64,000 nucleotides of DNA from a bacterium UBP8_UBA817 (GCA_945898045.1 CAMDGG010000003.1:10529-74528), one strand, 5' to 3'. Shown: positions 12,497 to 21,519, numbered from the stretch's first letter. Translations and numbers: made by a program. Notes: a model not told the origin generated them from the letters alone.

Positions 12497-14193
12497 TTAA
12501 TATCCACCAACACGAGCTGCGGGCTTTCTCGACCAAGCCACGTATTGATTTCGAGTGAAAAAGCGAGCTCCACTTGCGGGTTATATAACAACTGCAACTT
12601 ATCATGAAGCCCAAATCCAATGGCATCAATCACCACGGATCTCGCCGCATCTGTAAACGTTACTTTCAAATGTTTGCCGTTTCCTACTGTTTTAAAATCA
12701 ATGGCCTTTAGAGATCGGGTATAAAAAAGAGGCACTGGATTTTCTGCGCCATAGGGCTCTAGAGTTTGTAATGATGTGGCCAATGAAAGCGTTAACTGTT
12801 TTGGATCTAGCTCACATTCCAAATCTAAAACGGGCATTAAATCTGTCTGAGAAACTTTCTCGGCAGCCACCGAAATAAGATGCGCTTTGAAAGCTTCTAT
12901 TTTATCGGGGACGAGGCTAAATCCGGCCGCCGCTTTATGTCCGCCAAACGATGAAAAAAACGGCTGGCATTCTTTCAAAATTTCATAAATATTCACGTCG
13001 CCAATACTTCTCGCAGACCCACGTGCAAGGCCGTCTTCAACCGAAATAATCACGGCAGGTCGTGAATACGTTTCGACAATGCGAGACGCGATAATGCCAA
13101 TAATGCCTGGATGCCACCCTTCGGCATGCAAAACAATAACGCGATGGTCTGCAAGCCCCGGAATTTGCTCTGCTTGTTGCAGGGCTTCTGTTAATAATTG
13201 GTCGCAGTAAAACCGACGATCTTCGTTTAATTGTTGCAACATCGTGGCCAGTCGAAGCGCTTCCGTCTCGTCTTCTGTCATCATTAATTCTACACAAATC
13301 TTAGCGTCACCCAATCGGCCCGCAGCATTTAGGCGAGGTGCAATTGTAAAGCCAATATCCCGAGGAGACACGGTCTTGTGTGTAAATTTAGCTACTTCTA
13401 GTAACGTCCGAATGCCTACCCGTTTTCGTGCTGACAAACTTGTTAAGCCGAGTAACGTAAGTCGGCGATTTTCTTGTACCAATGGCGCAACGTCCGCTAC
13501 TGTTCCCAAGGCGACTAAATCCAAATGCCGATCTGGCGTCACATCCAACTTAAAATACTGGCAATAAAATTCCCAAAATTTATACACGATTCCGGCGGTG
13601 CAAAGCCCTGATAACGCATGGTCTTCGGCAAGAAATTTCGGATTCAAAATCGCCTCTGCATTGGGCTGACGATCTGGCACGGTATGGTGATCTAGGATTA
13701 ACACTTTGCAGTCTGTATCGGCTTTTAATAGGTCTATTTCTTTGGCATTACTAATGCCGCAATCTAACGTAATTAATAGCCCCGCACCTTCTTGACGCAC
13801 CATTTCTAGTGCCCGTTTGGACAAGCCATACCCATCCAAAAACCGATTCGGAATCATAAAATGAACCCGTGCTCCCAACCTCTTCAGCATCGACGTCATA
13901 ATCGCAGTCGACGTCATGCCGTCTACGTCATAATCCCCATAGACGAAAATTAACGTCTGTTTCTCAATGGCCTCGCGAACCAACTCAGACGCCGCAATCA
14001 ACACATCTTCAGGAAAATTCGGACTGCCTAAATTTTCAGGCTGCAAAAAAGAAGACGCTTGATCCAAAGACCGAATGCCACGGTTTAATAACAACTGGGC
14101 AATCACAGGATCAAGCGTTAAATGATGACTAATTTTTTCGGATAAAGCAGGTTGAGGAGGATACAAATGCCAACGTTTTTGGCGAAGTTCCAT
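12493..14193 (-). CDS. recJ: Single-stranded-DNA-specific exonuclease RecJ
   Basis: DHH motifs are present: FVYGDYDVDGMTS, ITLDCG, LILDHH, GHKAAAGF. ATGA-type overlap with rel downstream. Confidence 0.93.
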   Translation of the reverse strand: MELRQKRWHLYPPQPALSEKISHHLTLDPVIAQLLLNRGIRSLDQASSFLQPENLGSPNFPEDVLIAASELVREAIEKQTLIFVYGDYDVDGMTSTAIMTSMLKRLGARVHFMIPNRFLDGYGLSKRALEMVRQEGAGLLITLDCGISNAKEIDLLKADTDCKVLILDHHTVPDRQPNAEAILNPKFLAEDHALSGLCTAGIVYKFWEFYCQYFKLDVTPDRHLDLVALGTVADVAPLVQENRRLTLLGLTSLSARKRVGIRTLLEVAKFTHKTVSPRDIGFTIAPRLNAAGRLGDAKICVELMMTEDETEALRLATMLQQLNEDRRFYCDQLLTEALQQAEQIPGLADHRVIVLHAEGWHPGIIGIIASRIVETYSRPAVIISVEDGLARGSARSIGDVNIYEILKECQPFFSSFGGHKAAAGFSLVPDKIEAFKAHLISVAAEKVSQTDLMPVLDLECELDPKQLTLSLATSLQTLEPYGAENPVPLFYTRSLKAIDFKTVGNGKHLKVTFTDAARSVVIDAIGFGLHDKLQLLYNPQVELAFSLEINTWLGRESPQLVLVDIK

Positions 14194-14652
14194 TTACTCA
14201 GGGCGAACCAAAAACAACGGCTGGCCAAATTCAACAGCATTACCAGAACTGACACATACTTTTTCAATAACCCCAGATTGATCTGCTTCAATTTCATTAA
14301 AGAGCTTCATTGCCTCAATAATGCAAATCACCTGACCTTCTTTAACCCGATCACCCACTTTTACATACTGTGGTGCATCTGGGCTTGGAGATCCGTAAAA
14401 CGTTCCGACCATTTGGGCTTTAATGGGCGTCAAATGTGCTTCGGCATCGACTGGCGTTTCGGCCACGACAGGTGCAAGTGCAGGTGCTACAGGTGCATGA
14501 TGAATCGCATGGGTTTGATACTGTTGTGGAAAGGGAGCTTGTCCCAATTCTTTTTTAATTTCGATCTTAGTGCCGTCAGAATCAATTGATAAATGCGAAA
14601 TATTGGCTTCTTCAACGAGCTGAACCAAACGCTTAATTTCTTTTAAGTCCAT
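14194..14652 (-). CDS. accB: Biotin carboxyl carrier protein (AccB-like)
   Basis: 152 aa with the N-terminal MDLKEIKRLVQLVEE, an Ala/Pro linker and the biotinyl motif IIEAMKLFNEIEA. No accC follows; recJ starts 1 nt after its stop. Confidence 0.85.
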   Translation of the reverse strand: MDLKEIKRLVQLVEEANISHLSIDSDGTKIEIKKELGQAPFPQQYQTHAIHHAPVAPALAPVVAETPVDAEAHLTPIKAQMVGTFYGSPSPDAPQYVKVGDRVKEGQVICIIEAMKLFNEIEADQSGVIEKVCVSSGNAVEFGQPLFLVRPE

Positions 14653-14755
14653 ACAAAATCCTCTTTGTTTTTTAAGGGAAAATCACAAAAATAATGAGCT
14701 CCAATCATAGACTAACTTGTCACGAAAAGTAAAGAACTGCTACCATGCAACTACG

Positions 14756-16081
14756 ATGAACATTATTCATATTCCAGCACAATCCACTCACTTGCAATCC
14801 ACCATTTCCACTATACCCGGCGACAAATCTATCTCTCATCGTTCCGTTATTTTTGGTTCACTAGCAGACGGCATTAGCGCCTTCAAAAACGTTTTATTTT
14901 CCGAAGATTGCGTTAATACGATTCGTATTTTTCAAGCACTAGGCGTCACGATACAGACAAGCCCAGGCGAACATACGATGACCATCACAGGTGCAGGCCT
15001 CCATGGTCTAAAACCCCCAGCAGAAACGCTAGACGTCGGCAACTCAGGCACGGGTATTCGCCTCATTTCAGGCGTCCTAGCCGGTCAATCTTTCCCAACA
15101 GAAATCACAGGCGATGCCTCCATCCAAAAACGCCCCATGAAACGCATCGTTGATCCGCTCACGCAAATGGGCGCAACACTCACTGGCGCTGGAACAACAG
15201 ACACCTACCCACCCCTAAAAATCCAAGGTAAAACGCCCCTAAACGCCATCCACTACCACTCTCCCGTCGCCAGTGCCCAAGTCAAATCTGCAGTCCTGCT
15301 AGCCGGCCTCTACGCCGACGGCCCAGTCACGGTCACAGAACCCAGCCAGTCCCGAGATCACACCGAACGCATGATGAAAGCATATGGCGTTTCTATAGAT
15401 GGAACGACGATGCACCCTCCACAAAAACTAACACCCCCTTCCACCGAGCCCCTTTGGATTCCGTCCGATTTTTCATCCGCCGCTTTTTTTATTGTTCTGG
15501 CACTTTTGGTTCCCAATACAGGCCTCACCCTCACCGGCATAGGCCTCAATCCAACCCGCGCGACACTCATCGATATTCTTAAAGAAATGGGCGGAGATAT
15601 TACGGTTACCCCCACAGAAAAGAATACGCTCGAACCCTATGGTGATATAAGAATTAAAACCTCAAGGCTTCATAACATCACCGTTCCTGAAAATGTCATT
15701 CCTTTTATTATTGATGAAATTCCTATTCTCGCCGTAGCAGGACTTTTTGCGACTGGGACGCTGGTAGTTAGAGGGGCGAAAGAACTACGGGTTAAAGAGT
15801 CCGATCGGATTCATGGCATTATCGATTTGGCCATGTCGATTGGGGGAAATATTGTTGAACTTGAAGATGGGTTTGATTTAACTGGAGTGAGACGGCCGTT
15901 GGATTTTTCGTTGCATAGTAAAGGTGATCATCGGTTGGCCATGTCGGGGATTATTGCGGCGTTGGCTGGGAAGGTTGATGCGACGATTTTGGATTGTGAG
16001 TGTATTAATACGTCGTTTCCGAATTTTTTGGAGATTTTGGGGGAGCAGGGGGTTGGGGTTGGGGTGGATGAGACTCGGTAG
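14756..16081 (+). CDS. aroA: 3-phosphoshikimate 1-carboxyvinyltransferase (EPSP synthase)
   Basis: PGDKSISHRS, LDVGNSGTGIRLISGVLAG, RVKESDRI and GDHRLAMS are present. ATG 14756 is preferred over the TTG at 14717 used by the ORF track. Confidence 0.93.
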   Translation: MNIIHIPAQSTHLQSTISTIPGDKSISHRSVIFGSLADGISAFKNVLFSEDCVNTIRIFQALGVTIQTSPGEHTMTITGAGLHGLKPPAETLDVGNSGTGIRLISGVLAGQSFPTEITGDASIQKRPMKRIVDPLTQMGATLTGAGTTDTYPPLKIQGKTPLNAIHYHSPVASAQVKSAVLLAGLYADGPVTVTEPSQSRDHTERMMKAYGVSIDGTTMHPPQKLTPPSTEPLWIPSDFSSAAFFIVLALLVPNTGLTLTGIGLNPTRATLIDILKEMGGDITVTPTEKNTLEPYGDIRIKTSRLHNITVPENVIPFIIDEIPILAVAGLFATGTLVVRGAKELRVKESDRIHGIIDLAMSIGGNIVELEDGFDLTGVRRPLDFSLHSKGDHRLAMSGIIAALAGKVDATILDCECINTSFPNFLEILGEQGVGVGVDETR

Positions 16082-16089
16082 GTTTGTAG

Positions 16090-16653
16090 ATGTTGGATAA
16101 CTTAATGACCCTTTTAATAGCTATATTAGTAGCGTACATAAGTTTTGTGATTTGGAAAATTCAATGGAAAAAACAAAAAAGATTAGAAGTGCTATCCGAT
16201 CTGTTTCAATCTCTGATGAAAATAAGAGAGGCCGTAGTTGAAGAAACATATTTGCAAATAGAGAAAGATGAATCTGATTTTTCTATAGTAGGGCTTAAAA
16301 TACCAACCTCTGTAGTAAAGTTAGATTTTCATAGCCTAATGCTTGAACTACATCTTCCTAAAGATGAACTAATTTATGTAAGCATTATTAATAAATTAAG
16401 AACCCATTTTCTAGACTTTCCTGACATAGGCCTCCAAAATAATCTCGATATAACAGCGGCCAAAAAAAAATGCCTCTTATGGGATGAAGTTTTTGTAAAA
16501 ATAATTGGCGAGCTTAAAATAGCCTCAAAGGATCACTTTAACTTATTTGAATCAAATGGGTTTGAAGATTGGTTGCCATTTGGTTGCCATATTGATTGCA
16601 AAAAGATTAAAGGGTGTTGGAGAAAAATTTTTACAAAAGATTGTCAGAATTAG
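16090..16653 (+). CDS. Hypothetical membrane-anchored protein (no family recognised)
   Basis: 187 aa with one N-terminal TM helix (LMTLLIAILVAYISFVIW), then a helical soluble part and a Cys-rich C-terminal tail (GCHIDCKKIKGCWRKIFTKDCQN). No motif I recognise. Confidence 0.4.
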   Translation: MLDNLMTLLIAILVAYISFVIWKIQWKKQKRLEVLSDLFQSLMKIREAVVEETYLQIEKDESDFSIVGLKIPTSVVKLDFHSLMLELHLPKDELIYVSIINKLRTHFLDFPDIGLQNNLDITAAKKKCLLWDEVFVKIIGELKIASKDHFNLFESNGFEDWLPFGCHIDCKKIKGCWRKIFTKDCQN

Positions 16654-16746
16654 GATTCACCCAATTAACGGATGATCTAAATTAACAAATATTGAAGCTT
16701 GAAAATAAAGCATCTCGATTGAGATAAATAATACTCACCCTCTAAA

Positions 16747-16774
16747 CCTCCCTCTCTATAAACAAAGAGGGAGG
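16747..16774 (+). terminator. Stem-loop (9-bp perfect stem CCTCCCTCT / AGAGGGAGG, 10-nt loop); possible terminator or REP-like hairpin
   Basis: Read directly from the sequence, about 95 nt downstream of the 16090-16653 ORF. No clear U-tract follows. Confidence 0.35.
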
Positions 16775-16836
16775 CTTCAGAGTTCCTAAGTAATCATTTT
16801 TACGATTCGAATCTTGAGAAGATTAGTATTCATTCT

Positions 16837-16861
16837 CCCCTTCTTTCGGAGAGAGAAGGGG
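16837..16861 (+). repeat. Stem-loop (8-bp stem CCCCTTCT / AGAAGGGG, 9-nt loop), pyrimidine-arm/purine-arm hairpin
   Basis: Read directly from the sequence. It has the same polypyrimidine/polypurine style as the hairpins at 16747, 2813 and 25546. Confidence 0.35.
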
Positions 16862-17094
16862 CTGGGGGATGAATATTAAATTCAGACTTTTCTTCATTGA
16901 GCTGCCCAAAAAGGGTACGTACAGAATGTACATATCCTTCGTCATTTATTCTAAGAAGGATTCTTTTGAGTAAATAGTTCGATAAATACTTCCCTCCTAA
17001 AAAATAAAAGTGTACAGTATCGCATAAGATTTTATTTATTTAATTTAATTTAGTGACGCGATAAATTAAGCGTCCTCTTAAAAGGGGCTAAGCA

Positions 17095-17910
17095 ATGGAA
17101 AATAAACTCATTATTTTTAAAGGAAAAAATATTCGTCGAGCATTTCACAACAATGAGTGGTGGTTTGCCATAGTAGATGTTGTTGAAGTATTAACGGAGA
17201 GTATCAATCCGACTGACTACATAAAAAAAATCAAAAACAGAGACGCTGAACTTGCTAAAGGGTGGGGACAAATTGTCACCCCCCTTGTGATTGAAACCGA
17301 AGGTGGAAGACAAAAAGTTAACTGCTCTAACACCGAAGGCATCTTCCGAATAATTCAATCCATCCCCTCACCAAAAGCAGAGCCATTCAAAAAATGGCTC
17401 GCCAAAGTCGGATATGAACGTATCCAAGAAATCGAAGACCCAGAGTTAGCCACCAAACGCACCCGAGAAATATACAAAGCAAAAGGTTATCCTGATTCTT
17501 GGATTGAAAAACGGATGCGAGGTATTGCGATTAGGGAGGAATTAACTGATGAATGGGGAGATCGAGGTCTTCAGAATCAAAAAGAATACGCTATTTTAAC
17601 ATCCGAAATACATGAAGCGACATTTGGTTTAAAGCCCAAAGAGCATAAGTCATTAAAGCAATTGAAACGTGAAAATCTTCGAGATCATATGACAGATTTG
17701 GAGCTCATTTTTTCTATGCTTGGCGAAGCCTCAACGACAGAAATCACTCGAAACCACGATGCAAAAGGATTTAATCAACTAGAAAAAGCAGCCAAAACAG
17801 GCGGGAAAATTTCAGGAAATGCACGCAAACATCTTGAGATTGAAAGCGGTAAGAAGATCGTGACAGAAAAAAATTATCTGCCAGAAAAGAAAAATATCCC
17901 AATACACTAA
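17095..17910 (+). CDS. Bro-N domain protein (prophage antirepressor / DinD-like)
   Basis: The N-terminus FKGKNIRRAFHNNEWWFAIVDVVEVL matches the Bro-N pattern. The C-terminal part (SPKAEPFKKWLAKVGYERIQEIEDPELA...RENLRDHMTDLELIF) matches what I recall of DinD/BRO-family proteins. Confidence 0.75.
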   Translation: MENKLIIFKGKNIRRAFHNNEWWFAIVDVVEVLTESINPTDYIKKIKNRDAELAKGWGQIVTPLVIETEGGRQKVNCSNTEGIFRIIQSIPSPKAEPFKKWLAKVGYERIQEIEDPELATKRTREIYKAKGYPDSWIEKRMRGIAIREELTDEWGDRGLQNQKEYAILTSEIHEATFGLKPKEHKSLKQLKRENLRDHMTDLELIFSMLGEASTTEITRNHDAKGFNQLEKAAKTGGKISGNARKHLEIESGKKIVTEKNYLPEKKNIPIH

Positions 17911-17945
17911 CCAAAAAATAAACGTAATGTATAATCATTTGCACA

Positions 17946-18782
17946 ATGACAAAACGCGAAGAACCACTTATCAAAACCAATGCAAAAATTGATCCATTCC
18001 ATGATTTGTATTACTGGCTAATTTTGCTGAGATGGCCATCCTTTGTTGGCATCTTGATGTTATTCTTTCTCATCTTAAATCTCATCTTTGGGGGCATCTA
18101 TTACCTGATCGGAGGCCTCGCCAATGGTGGGACCGGATTTGCTGATCACTTCTTTTTCTCAGTCCATACACTTGCAACCGTTGGATATGGTCACGTTTTT
18201 CCTCAAAGCATACTCGCGAACACAGTTGCTGCTATAGAAATAATATTGGGATTATTTATGATGGCTCTAATGACGGGGCTGCTTTTTGCAAAGTTTTCTC
18301 GTCCCTCTGCACGGATTATTTTTAGTCGTAACGCCGTTATTCATAAACGGAATGGCATAGACTGCCTGGTCTTTCGTGTTGCAAATAAACGTGACCATTA
18401 TATTGCAGAAGCCAGCTTGAATGTGGTTGCCTTAAAGAAAGATATTACTCCCGAAGGAGATAGCATGCGCAAGCTCTATACCCTCAATTTGGAGCGCGCG
18501 CAAACCCCTTTATTCGTGTTGAGCTGGATGGTAATTCATCAGATTACACCAGACAGTCCCCTCTACGGACTGACTGCGCAGGACATGATCGATGGTGACG
18601 TAAGAGTACTACTCAGTTTAACGGGCCATGATTCAGTTTTAGGGCAGACCATGCATGCACGACACATTTATCAAGCGGACCAAGTTAAGTTTGGGTATCG
18701 TCTTAAAGATGCATTGAAAACGCTAGAGGGAACCTTGCACTTAGATTTTGATGTATTTCATGAAATAGAAGCGGTTGGTTAG
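17946..18782 (+). CDS. Inward-rectifier-type potassium channel (KirBac family)
   Basis: It has a slide helix and two TM helices, the selectivity filter FFFSVHTLATVGYGH, and the cytoplasmic Ig-like Kir domain (FSRPSARIIFSRNAVI...LVFRVANKRDHYIAEA...). By eye it aligns along its length to KirBac1.1. Confidence 0.88.
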   Translation: MTKREEPLIKTNAKIDPFHDLYYWLILLRWPSFVGILMLFFLILNLIFGGIYYLIGGLANGGTGFADHFFFSVHTLATVGYGHVFPQSILANTVAAIEIILGLFMMALMTGLLFAKFSRPSARIIFSRNAVIHKRNGIDCLVFRVANKRDHYIAEASLNVVALKKDITPEGDSMRKLYTLNLERAQTPLFVLSWMVIHQITPDSPLYGLTAQDMIDGDVRVLLSLTGHDSVLGQTMHARHIYQADQVKFGYRLKDALKTLEGTLHLDFDVFHEIEAVG

Positions 18783-18785
18783 ATA

Positions 18786-19781
18786 ATGAAAAAAATACTC
18801 TCAGTTCAACAGATCTTAAACATTTTACTTGTCAAACCTATTTCGCCACAAACCCAGCAGATTACTCTCAAGGCATTAGAGGGTTGGGTAGCCAAAGCTT
18901 TGGCCCATCAAGGCGACCAAATTTCTGGCCTATTTGCACCTCAAAGTACCTTTTCTGGAACCATGGCAGACCGTGTTGTTCCAATAAATGTAAAAGGTAA
19001 CCCTGATCACATTGAAATCTATATGGATTCATTTTTAAAAGGCCTAAAAGGCATCGCTTGGAACCTCATTAAATTAAATCCCATCTGTGAGAATTTTTGC
19101 TTAGCCACGGGATCATATACCTTTGAAAAACAATATGGTGTGGGACCTATCACTAAAACAACGGGACATTTTAGTTTTATTGTTGATAAAGAGGGTAAAA
19201 TCCGGCATCACCATAGTGGGATAAAGTTAGATGAAGAAGCTGTAATCACGCTGGATCAAACCACAGAGCATCCTCCAGTTTTAGTGGGTTCTGACCCGTT
19301 GCATAAGTCTGAAGAAATTTTGTGCGGCGAAATTCAATGGGTTAGTCCAACAACAGAGGAGCAACGACGTCTGGTTTTAACGGCTCTTAAAAGCTGGGAA
19401 AATATAGTGGGTGAAAACAAGTTTGAAGATGCGGCCTCGTTATTTAGCCCCCTCAGCACGTTTTGTGGGATGAGAGCAGATAGAGTGATCAAACTGAATG
19501 ACGGGAGTAATACTAAGCTTTTGGAATTTTACTTAGAGCAATTTCTAACGCGTGAAAAGCAAAATACTTTAACGTGGAAAGAGCTACTCATTAATCCTCT
19601 AGAAAGAGGTGCCGACAGCCCTATTGTCGCAACAGGTACATATTGTCTCACCACAGGTTCCGATACACAGGAAGGTCATTTTACGTTTATTTTAGAGGCT
19701 GAAACTGGAAGATTTCTCCATTTTCACAGTGGACTCAAGGCAGATAAAAGCACGGAAATTATCTTGCCTAGGGATGCATAA
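18786..19781 (+). CDS. Hypothetical protein made of two tandem NTF2-like (CaMKII-association-domain/DUF4440-like) repeats
   Basis: There is a clear internal duplication. ALEGWVAKAL..LFAPQSTFSGTMADRVV...GHFSFIVDKEGKIRHHHSG pairs with ALKSWENIVG..LFSPLSTFCGMRADRVI...GHFTFILEAETGRFLHFHSG. The terminal HxHSG resembles the CaMKII-AD/SgcJ-type NTF2 fold. It starts 4 nt after the channel gene. Confidence 0.55.
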   Translation: MKKILSVQQILNILLVKPISPQTQQITLKALEGWVAKALAHQGDQISGLFAPQSTFSGTMADRVVPINVKGNPDHIEIYMDSFLKGLKGIAWNLIKLNPICENFCLATGSYTFEKQYGVGPITKTTGHFSFIVDKEGKIRHHHSGIKLDEEAVITLDQTTEHPPVLVGSDPLHKSEEILCGEIQWVSPTTEEQRRLVLTALKSWENIVGENKFEDAASLFSPLSTFCGMRADRVIKLNDGSNTKLLEFYLEQFLTREKQNTLTWKELLINPLERGADSPIVATGTYCLTTGSDTQEGHFTFILEAETGRFLHFHSGLKADKSTEIILPRDA

Positions 19782-19792
19782 GGCAAAAGACC

Positions 19793-20554
19793 TTAACTGG
19801 ATTTCTCCCCCCGAATCCTCAGTCGTCTATAATCTGCAAACCAACTGCCATTACTAAACAAAACGGGCTTCATCTGATCTTCGATAGAGAGGATCATTTG
19901 CTCGTAAATTTCTGTGGGAACTTCTTCGAAAAAAACCTCTCCAAACATCGTAATCCAATTTCTTAGTCCAGCTTCCCCATCTTCCAACTCGGTAGGTCGA
20001 TTAAAATATGCCACATCCCGAACCACAAATCCCTGCCGCTCCAAAATATTGCAATACTGCGCAACACTAGGAAAATACCACGGATTATTTGCTTTATTCT
20101 GAGAATATCCAAACCGATCCAACGCGTCATTAATGCCCTGAACAATTTGACGAATATTATTTTCGCCACCAAATTCCACCACCAAACGTCCCCCGGGTTT
20201 CAACGACGCATACATAGATTTTGCTGCTTTTTCCGCGTCTTTAACCCAATGCAGGGCGGCATTAGAAAAAATGGCATCAAATTCATCCTGGTAATTGAGC
20301 TCACGAATATCTCTCACCTGAAATTCAAGCGCCGGATATTTTTGTTTGGCCTCTTCAATCATCGAGACCGAGCTATCAACACCCACCACCTGTCCAGCCA
20401 ACTCAGCAATATCTTGCGTTAGATCGCCGGTTCCACACCCAACATCACAAATAATTTCGGTCTTTAACGGCGTAAGCCAAGAAATCAACGATTTTCCATA
20501 AGCCGTATTAAACGAATGATGGCTGTCATAAAATTGAGCGTTCCAAGTAGTCAT
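19793..20554 (-). CDS. Class I SAM-dependent methyltransferase (trans-aconitate methyltransferase-like)
   Basis: WNAQFYDSHHSF, SAM motif I ICDVGCGTGDLT, and FDAIFSNAALHW are present. Confidence 0.8.
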   Translation of the reverse strand: MTTWNAQFYDSHHSFNTAYGKSLISWLTPLKTEIICDVGCGTGDLTQDIAELAGQVVGVDSSVSMIEEAKQKYPALEFQVRDIRELNYQDEFDAIFSNAALHWVKDAEKAAKSMYASLKPGGRLVVEFGGENNIRQIVQGINDALDRFGYSQNKANNPWYFPSVAQYCNILERQGFVVRDVAYFNRPTELEDGEAGLRNWITMFGEVFFEEVPTEIYEQMILSIEDQMKPVLFSNGSWFADYRRLRIRGEKSS

Positions 20555-20570
20555 TCTTCAAAATCTCCTT

Positions 20571-21431
20571 CTAATCATGTGTGCAACTATCCCAAAAAGC
20601 CCTCTTCACGGGCGATGCCAATGACGATTTTTTAACAAAAAGCCCCACTTCCAACGTAGGCAAGGTCGCCTTAAGTACAATTTGAGTGACTTCATTTTTT
20701 TGATGACTATTATCAATCACAATCTTGGGCAAAATCGCCGTCCCCAATCCCGCCGCCACCATCGCTAAAATTGCCTCATGGCCTTCTACATAACTATGAG
20801 GCTGAATCGCAATCTGCTGTTCATGTAAATACGTTGTAATCAGTGTTGCCAAATCCCCTTGTTCAGGAAAAATAAGCTGTGAATTTTGAAGCGTTTGTGA
20901 GGTATAGGTTTTAGGAACAATAAAGACCAAGGGGGTTTGTAAAATGCGTTGGGATAAAATATCAGCAGGTAGGGGATGCGTGATAATGCCAATCGTAAAG
21001 TCTGCTTCGCCACTCGTTAATCTTGGATAGCCCCACTTCGCAGCACCCGTTTCCAAATAAGTTGTTACCAGTGGATAGTGTGCGCGAAATCTTTTTACCA
21101 AATTCGGCAAAATCGTATAAGCCGCTGTAACCGTGGCGTACAATTTAATCGTTCCTCGAATAAGCTCTTTGTCGGTCGCTTGTAGATCACTTTGTAACTG
21201 CTCAAACGACGTGACAGTTTGCTTGGCAAAATCGTAAAAACGACGACCACTATCTGTTAATTTCACAGACCGTTTACTTCTTTCAAACAAAACCGTCCCC
21301 AGTTTTTCTTCTAATCGCTGAATCGCACGACTCAAAGCCGACGTCGTCATGTGATGCCGAAGACTCGTTTTTCGAAAATGAAGTTGTTCCGCAAGCGTGA
21401 TAAAGACGTGAAGGGTATGTTGGTCAGTCAT
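20571..21431 (-). CDS. ilvY: LysR-family transcriptional regulator, IlvY-like
   Basis: The HTH (LHVFITLAEQLHFRKTSLRHHMTTSALSRAIQRLEEKLG) and effector domain (LYATVTAAYTILPNLVKRFRAHYPLV...TSGEADFTIG) align well by eye with E. coli IlvY. It is divergent from ilvC, as in enterobacteria. Confidence 0.75.
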   Translation of the reverse strand: MTDQHTLHVFITLAEQLHFRKTSLRHHMTTSALSRAIQRLEEKLGTVLFERSKRSVKLTDSGRRFYDFAKQTVTSFEQLQSDLQATDKELIRGTIKLYATVTAAYTILPNLVKRFRAHYPLVTTYLETGAAKWGYPRLTSGEADFTIGIITHPLPADILSQRILQTPLVFIVPKTYTSQTLQNSQLIFPEQGDLATLITTYLHEQQIAIQPHSYVEGHEAILAMVAAGLGTAILPKIVIDNSHQKNEVTQIVLKATLPTLEVGLFVKKSSLASPVKRAFWDSCTHD

Positions 21432-21446
21432 AATATAATTATCCCA

Positions 21447-21460
21447 TTTATTGCAATAAA
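21447..21460. promoter_or_regulatory. Perfect 14-bp palindrome TTTATTGCAATAAA (LysR T-N11-A type); candidate IlvY operator 1
   Basis: Read directly from the ilvY-ilvC divergent intergenic region. Confidence 0.5.
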
Positions 21461-21478
21461 GTGTTTCATATTATTCAG

Positions 21479-21492
21479 TTTATTTCAATAAA
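21479..21492. promoter_or_regulatory. Near-identical site TTTATTTCAATAAA; candidate IlvY operator 2
   Basis: It differs by one base from the first site and lies 32 bp away centre to centre (about three helical turns), upstream of ilvC. Confidence 0.45.
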
Positions 21493-21519
21493 GAGAAGGT
21501 GCATACTTTACCCAGTTAA

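Noticed and set aside
16869-16970. A small plus-strand ORF (MNIKFRLFFIELPKKGTYRMYISFVIYSKKDSFE) lies in the 440-bp intergenic region.
   Set aside because: It has no ribosome-binding site, starts inside the G-rich arm of a hairpin, and overlaps a longer start-less minus-strand frame. It is treated as non-coding or remnant.
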